DNA of 64,000 nucleotides from Limisphaerales bacterium. GTDB taxonomy: Bacteria; Verrucomicrobiota; Verrucomicrobiia; Limisphaerales; JAJOIW01. The stretch's first letter is position 1. Each line of letters begins with the position of its first letter. The notes below the pieces were generated by a model. It did not search any database. It had not been told where the DNA came from and was given only the letters and a program-made list of their open reading frames with translations. The translations under genes were made by a program, and so were the position numbers. Below are positions 58,965-64,000 of this stretch, in pieces. The stretch is taken from NCBI GenBank assembly GCA_965657355.1, contig CBFHOE010000003.1, forward strand, positions 245,520 to 309,519, in the 5' to 3' direction.

Positions 58965-59651
58965 TTAATCGTCTGATCCTCCGATCAAAGGGAGCAGGTA
59001 ATATAAAAGATAGGCTAGCGAAGTTAAGAAGGCTGCTACATACGTTAATGCTGCAGCATCCAACATTTTAGCCACTCCAGTAGATTCTTGGCCTCCCCTT
59101 ACTATCGCTAAGTCACCAAGACACTTTTTCGCTCTTGCTGAGGCATCGAATTCAACGGGAAGAGTAATTAAGTTAAAGAACATGATTATTCCCCAACCAA
59201 CGGCCATAATCATGAACCCTGTGCCTGTAGCGAATATGCCGGTGAACATCCCTATAATCGGCAACCACATAACCATTTGGTTGGCAATGTTGGTTGTTCC
59301 AGCAACTGCCATTCTCAAATTTAAAAGGCTGTATGACCTCGCGTGCTGAATGGCATGGCCGACTTCATGAGCAGCTATCCCAACAGCAGCGACTGATTTG
59401 CCATAATAATTTTGTTCCGATAAAACCAAACGCTTATTCATGGGGTCATAATGGTCGATCAATTTACCTGGCTTGGCGACGACCTCGACGTCTTGAATGT
59501 TTTCCCTTCGAAGGATTTCGGCCGCTGCTTGCGCACCTGTGGCTCCAGATGACACCCCCAACTGTGAGTATTTTCTGTATTTGCCATTCACTTGAGATGA
59601 AGCCCAAAAGCTGATTCCGAGTGTAAATACTATAAGTAGTATAAATGTCAT
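58965..59651 (-). CDS. Putative neutral zinc metallopeptidase (YugP-like)
   Basis: DHYDP, AAHEVGHAIQH (HExxH), TLPVEFDASARA, AAALTYVAA. Confidence 0.95.
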   Translation of the reverse strand: MTFILLIVFTLGISFWASSQVNGKYRKYSQLGVSSGATGAQAAAEILRRENIQDVEVVAKPGKLIDHYDPMNKRLVLSEQNYYGKSVAAVGIAAHEVGHAIQHARSYSLLNLRMAVAGTTNIANQMVMWLPIIGMFTGIFATGTGFMIMAVGWGIIMFFNLITLPVEFDASARAKKCLGDLAIVRGGQESTGVAKMLDAAALTYVAAFLTSLAYLLYYLLPLIGGSDD

Positions 59652-60242
59652 TTTGCTTAGTTTTTAGTTTTTAGACGTTATAAGACAGCGTCCTAACCTC
59701 CATCAAGAATCCTCAAAAATCCTTCAATGTCAATAACGGTATATCGATATAAATATAGCAAAGCTGTTGTAAACTTTTAAATGGATTGACGTGTTAACAT
59801 GGGCAAAGGAGACATTCCAAACATAGAGATAGTGCTCCATTATTAACACAAGCGGCCTCACATAATCACTTGCCCCATGTTTTTAAATGAGATTAGAAAA
59901 TTATTTCTAAAAAAGTGACAGTTCGATTAATTGATTTTTATCTTGGACTGGGCCACTAATGTGGGATCGGGAATGTGTGTCCTATGATATTATGAGTCTC
60001 TCGCAGAAACCGCCATCGAGGTCGCATTTGAGTGGTCATATTTTTAATCTCATTACAAAAGATCGGGAAAGTCATTTTTGTCTGGCTCTCCAAATTGCAT
60101 TTCCTGGCTTGCAATGAAAAGGAAGGCCCTACTTCTTGGTTTGGATCCTTCGCTTTTGAAAATCACAAAATGAAAAAATAGATTGATTTCATCTGATGCC
60201 CTCTCAAGAGAGAAAGATCGCCAAATTTGCTTCCCTAAATAT

Positions 60243-60397
60243 TAGACAGAAAAGCAGAAATTCTTAAATTTCAGACAAAACCTAAACGTTTGTTGAGGTT
60301 CTTACTTAACGTTTCTCATACTCTCCGTTGGTTGATATGAGTTTTGTAAAAAACAAAAATTTTATGTCTAGAATTTGTTTAACAAAAAAGTTGTACA
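60243..60397. promoter_or_regulatory. TnnACA-like boxes upstream of the fasciclin gene (putative CarH operator)
   Basis: TAGACA 60243; CAGACA 60272/TAAACG 60283 (11 bp apart); TGTCTA 60365/TGTTTA 60376 (11 bp apart); TGTACA 60392. Confidence 0.5.
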
Positions 60398-60478
60398 CGG
60401 ATTTGCGATGTCGAAGAACAATTATACGGTGCTTTGGAAATCAATATCGATTCAAACCAATTGTTAATAACACCAAAA

Positions 60479-62107
60479 ATGAAATTCACAAAATATGTAG
60501 CGGCTTCAGTCTTGGCTCTCTTCATTGCGATGGGTAGCGCTCAAGCCGAAAAGAAAAATATCGTCGAAACTGCAGTCGGAGCAGGGCAATTTAACACGCT
60601 CACCGCCGCACTAAAAGCAGGCGGTCTAGTGGAAGCACTTCAAGCAAAAGGACCTTTCACGGTTTTCGCTCCAACAGATAAGGCATTTGCAAAACTTCCT
60701 AAAGGGACTGTTGAATCCCTTCTGAAGCCCGAAAACAAGGCAAAACTAGTAGATATCCTGACTTACCACGTTGTCTCTGGTGAAGTCCCCAGCAAAGTCG
60801 CTGTGACGTTGACAGAAGGCAAGGCACTCAACAAAAAATCTTTCAAGGTCAACAATACGAAAAATGGCCTCTACATCAATCGATCCAAAGTTGTCATGGC
60901 CGACATTGAATGTTCGAATGGCGTCATTCATGTTATTGATTCCGTGCTTTTGCCACCTGCCGAAAAAGCTGCTGAGCAAAAGAACATAATTGAAACCGCT
61001 GTCGGTGCTGGTTCTTTCAAAACACTCGCAGCAGCACTTAAGGCCGGTGGTCTCATCGAAGCCCTTCAGGCCAAGGGACCATTTACAGTATTTGCTCCCA
61101 CGGACAAAGCATTTGCTAAGCTTCCTAAGGAAACTGTTGCTTCCCTCCTCAAACCCGAGAACAAAAAGAAACTTGTCGACATTCTTACATACCACGTTGT
61201 TAAGGGGGAAGTTCCAGCCAAGGTCGCTGTCACGCTCACTCAGGCAAAAGCTCTTAACAAAAAAACCTTTAAAATCAACAACACCAAAAAAGGCCTATAC
61301 ATCAACAAATCTAAAGTTGTAAAAGCTGATATTAACTGTTCAAACGGAATCATTCATGTCATTGATACTGTTTTACTACCACCAGCAGAGAAGAAATACC
61401 AAAAAGCTTCCAACCAGAAAGATATCATCCAGACAGCAGTCGGCGCGGGTGCTTTCAAAACCCTGGCGGCAGCGCTAGAAGCTGGTGGTCTAGTAGAGGC
61501 CCTTCAAGCTGATGGTCCTTTCACTGTTTTCGCCCCAACAGATGATGCATTCGCCAAGTTGCCAAAAGGCACTGTTGAATCTCTCCTCAAGCCCGAGAAC
61601 AAAGACAAACTTGTTGACATCCTGACATACCATGTTGTTGCCGGCAAGGTTCCTAGCAAAGTTGCTGTGACCTTAACGAAAGCGAATGCTCTTAACAAAA
61701 AATCATTGGGTATCAAAAACACCGCCAATGGATTGTTCATTAACAAATCCAAAGTGATTAAAGCTGATATTGATTGCTCAAACGGAGTCATTCATGTCAT
61801 TGATTCTGTTCTACTTCCACCAGCTGGAAAAAATTACGAAAAGGCTGAAAACGAAGATGTTAAGAAATTTCTATCTACAGCTATCAACCATGGAGTATCT
61901 CATTTTAATGTTGGTAACCATAAGACTTGCGAAGCCATATATTCGATAGCTGCTCAAGCATTGGTCATGATGCCTGATTGTTCTGTTTCGCAAACTGACA
62001 AAAACAGAATGAAAATGGTTATTGACCAAGCGTCACGATCACACGATAGCACCAAAGATTCCTGGGCTTTCAGGAATGCTTTTGATCAAATGCTAGTTTC
62101 TCAATAA
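60479..62107 (+). CDS. Secreted triple fasciclin (FAS1) protein with C-terminal helical domain
   Basis: Signal peptide from ATG 60479; 3x GPFTVFAPTD.AF.KLP...ILTYHVV...NG(V/I)IHVID.VLLP. Confidence 0.95.
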   Translation: MKFTKYVAASVLALFIAMGSAQAEKKNIVETAVGAGQFNTLTAALKAGGLVEALQAKGPFTVFAPTDKAFAKLPKGTVESLLKPENKAKLVDILTYHVVSGEVPSKVAVTLTEGKALNKKSFKVNNTKNGLYINRSKVVMADIECSNGVIHVIDSVLLPPAEKAAEQKNIIETAVGAGSFKTLAAALKAGGLIEALQAKGPFTVFAPTDKAFAKLPKETVASLLKPENKKKLVDILTYHVVKGEVPAKVAVTLTQAKALNKKTFKINNTKKGLYINKSKVVKADINCSNGIIHVIDTVLLPPAEKKYQKASNQKDIIQTAVGAGAFKTLAAALEAGGLVEALQADGPFTVFAPTDDAFAKLPKGTVESLLKPENKDKLVDILTYHVVAGKVPSKVAVTLTKANALNKKSLGIKNTANGLFINKSKVIKADIDCSNGVIHVIDSVLLPPAGKNYEKAENEDVKKFLSTAINHGVSHFNVGNHKTCEAIYSIAAQALVMMPDCSVSQTDKNRMKMVIDQASRSHDSTKDSWAFRNAFDQMLVSQ

Positions 62108-62140
62108 TCATTATTTGCGATTTAGTAATAATATAAACAT

Positions 62141-62173
62141 AAAACCCGTGGACTCTAGGTTCACGGGTTTTTT
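62141..62173 (+). terminator. Rho-independent terminator (bidirectional form)
   Basis: AAAACCCGTGGAC-tctag-GTTCACGGGTTTT plus T run. Confidence 0.9.
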
Positions 62174-62451
62174 AGCATCATGATAGAACTGAATTTATGA
62201 GTTTGGAAACTGCCTATTTGTATTATCGAGTGGGGTGAAGCTGTTGATTCCTAACCTTTTCTTTAAATACAATTCATAATTATTTTTTCGTTCAAAACAG
62301 GGATTCATTTCCAGTGAAGTCTGTTTTGATCTTAATTTTTCGAAATTATCTTCGTTTAAATACGTGAGCATTATTTTGGTGACGTTTCAGGTTATTTTGC
62401 CGTAAAACGGAATAAGGATGCAGGGTGCGTTAATGAGCACGGAATACGATA

Positions 62452-64000
62452 GTGATTTATAGACCAGATATTGACGGGCTGAGAGCCATCGCTGTTCTCG
62501 CTGTTTTGTTTTTTCACGCCGGGCTTGGTTTCTCTGGTGGGTTTGTTGGCGTGGATATATTTTTTGTGATATCTGGTTTTTTAATCACTAGCATTATTAT
62601 CAAGGACCTTTCTGCTGGTTCATTTTCCATACTTCACTTTTGGGAACGTAGGGCTCGTCGAATTCTTCCTGCCCTCTTCGTGGTTGTTCTTTTCTCTCTT
62701 ATTTGCGGATACTTTCTCTTTTTTCCATTTGATTATTTTCGTCATGGATCTTCGGCTCTTATGCTGACTTCGTTGGCTTCCAATATTTATTTTTGGAGGA
62801 ACTCAGATGGTTATTTTACAGGGCCGGTAGAAACAATGCCTTTGCTTCACACTTGGTCTCTATCCCTGGAAGAACAATTTTATGTAATAATGCCATTTGC
62901 CCTTTTACTATTATTTAAATTGGGAAGAGTAAAACTTATCATTAAGGCGCTCGCTGCGGTGGCTTCGATAAGCTTCTTTCTCTCTGTATATGGGGCGTTT
63001 GAATACCCATCTGATACATTTTATTTATTACATACAAGAGCATGGGAATTAGTTTTAGGCTCGCTTATCGCCTTTGCTCCCGGAATATCCAGTCAAAAAA
63101 TAAGAATTACCATGTCGTGGGTTGGGATGATTTTTATTACAATTCCCTTTTTCTTATACAGTGGCGAGATTCCTTTTCCCGGATCAGCCGCCCTGCTACC
63201 CGTTGGTGGTACCGCTTTTATCATTTGGGCAGGAATAAAAAATAATAGGGATCAAAAAGATTGTTTAATCCATCAGTTGCTTTCTCATAAAATCCTTGTT
63301 TGGATTGGGCTATTATCCTACTCACTCTATCTCTGGCATTGGCCACTCCTCGTTTTTAACGACTACATAGAAATGTGGAAAAATTCAGTTAGCGTGAAAA
63401 TTTTTATCCTCATGATTTCACTTTTCTTATCCTGGCTTTCATACAAATTCATTGAAAAGCCTTTTAGAACAAAGAAACTAATAAAGTCACGTAATTCTGT
63501 TTTTATAATTAGTGCTGCCGCGATGATTACGATTTTTTCACTCGGGTTGTTTATTAGACTTCAGGATGGGAAGGTTACCAGAACACCAGTGATCGAATTA
63601 GGGCAGAGAAGCCCTTTTCATGATCTTGAATTGCGTTTGAAAGTCGGTGATAAAATACCTGATTCATTACCAGTTTTAGGAAATAAAAAAAACGCGCCAA
63701 CCTATCTCGTTTTCGGGGATAGTCATGCCCAGCCCATTGCGCCCGAATTGGACCGTTTCAGTAATCAAAATGGGCTAACTGGACTTGCTTTTTGTGACTC
63801 CGGGAATCCTCCGTTAGTTGGCATGCATTCCAAGTTTCTCCAAAAACAAAGAAGAACCAACAAAAAAATCCTTTTCGATTTTTTGTCCCAAGGGCGGGAA
63901 AAAAACGGAATTGAGCGAGTCTTTCTCGTGGGAAGGTGGTGGTTATATATCCATGAAAGAGGCTTGCTCACTAAAGAATCACTAAACTTCTCGCAAGCCT
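62452..64000 (+). CDS. OafA-like O-acetyltransferase (acyltransferase-3 + SGNH), runs off the window end; absent from the ORF track
   Basis: Manual translation from GTG 62452: YRPDIDGLRAIAV, GVDIFFVISGFLIT, RRARRILPA, HTWSLSLEEQFY, SYSLYLWHWP, GDSHA; no stop before 64000. Confidence 0.93.
   Translation, partial: MIYRPDIDGLRAIAVLAVLFFHAGLGFSGGFVGVDIFFVISGFLITSIIIKDLSAGSFSILHFWERRARRILPALFVVVLFSLICGYFLFFPFDYFRHGSSALMLTSLASNIYFWRNSDGYFTGPVETMPLLHTWSLSLEEQFYVIMPFALLLLFKLGRVKLIIKALAAVASISFFLSVYGAFEYPSDTFYLLHTRAWELVLGSLIAFAPGISSQKIRITMSWVGMIFITIPFFLYSGEIPFPGSAALLPVGGTAFIIWAGIKNNRDQKDCLIHQLLSHKILVWIGLLSYSLYLWHWPLLVFNDYIEMWKNSVSVKIFILMISLFLSWLSYKFIEKPFRTKKLIKSRNSVFIISAAAMITIFSLGLFIRLQDGKVTRTPVIELGQRSPFHDLELRLKVGDKIPDSLPVLGNKKNAPTYLVFGDSHAQPIAPELDRFSNQNGLTGLAFCDSGNPPLVGMHSKFLQKQRRTNKKILFDFLSQGREKNGIERVFLVGRWWLYIHERGLLTKESLNFSQA

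Noticed and set aside
59799..59846. Tiny ORF MGKGDIPNIEIVLHY resembling ribosomal protein Thx
   Set aside because: Only MGKGD matches; lacks the Arg/Lys-rich body and is 15 aa
59940..60240. Cobalamin riboswitch upstream of the fasciclin gene
   Set aside because: GGGAA words are present but I could not find the B12-box or conserved core helices
63042..63971. Short ORFs suggesting a pseudogene at the window end
   Set aside because: They are shadows of an intact OafA-like CDS open from 62452 to the window edge

Overview
A 64 kb chromosomal segment, most likely from a marine Verrucomicrobiota (Pedosphaerales/Limisphaerales-like) genome. This is inferred from lineage-typical protein families: W-x3-DP-x2-A repeat protein, FG-GAP/ASPIC protein, very acidic PA14/Ig/LamG surface proteins, sulfatases and a Verrucomicrobia-type JetD. 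It holds about 42 CDS and one tRNA-Gly(GCC). Housekeeping genes include nnr, hemW, aspS, a family-4 UDG, a cyclophilin-FKBP fusion and a LysR regulator. It also carries a glucosylglycerate/mannosylglucosylglycerate compatible-solute cluster (40.1-47.9 kb), TonB-ExbB-ExbD divergent from a roadblock-MglA-MglB module, and a solitary RAYT/Y1 HUH transposase. Best leads: (1) a B12-dependent photoreceptor (CarH/LitR, intact Wx9EH) divergent from a group-2 sigma70. Their shared intergenic region is packed with TAGACA/TnnACA boxes that recur, with 11-bp spacing and a shared 10-mer, upstream of a triple-fasciclin gene 34 kb away, suggesting a light > CarH > sigma/fasciclin regulon. (2) An orphan Wadjet JetD-like protein with TOPRIM acids swapped for amides (E>Q, D>N). 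(3) A ~55-aa module that is C-terminal in one giant surface protein but inserted inside an Ig domain in another. (4) A catalytically degenerate M20-fold gene translationally coupled to gpgS. All family calls come from motif recognition by eye; no database searches were run.
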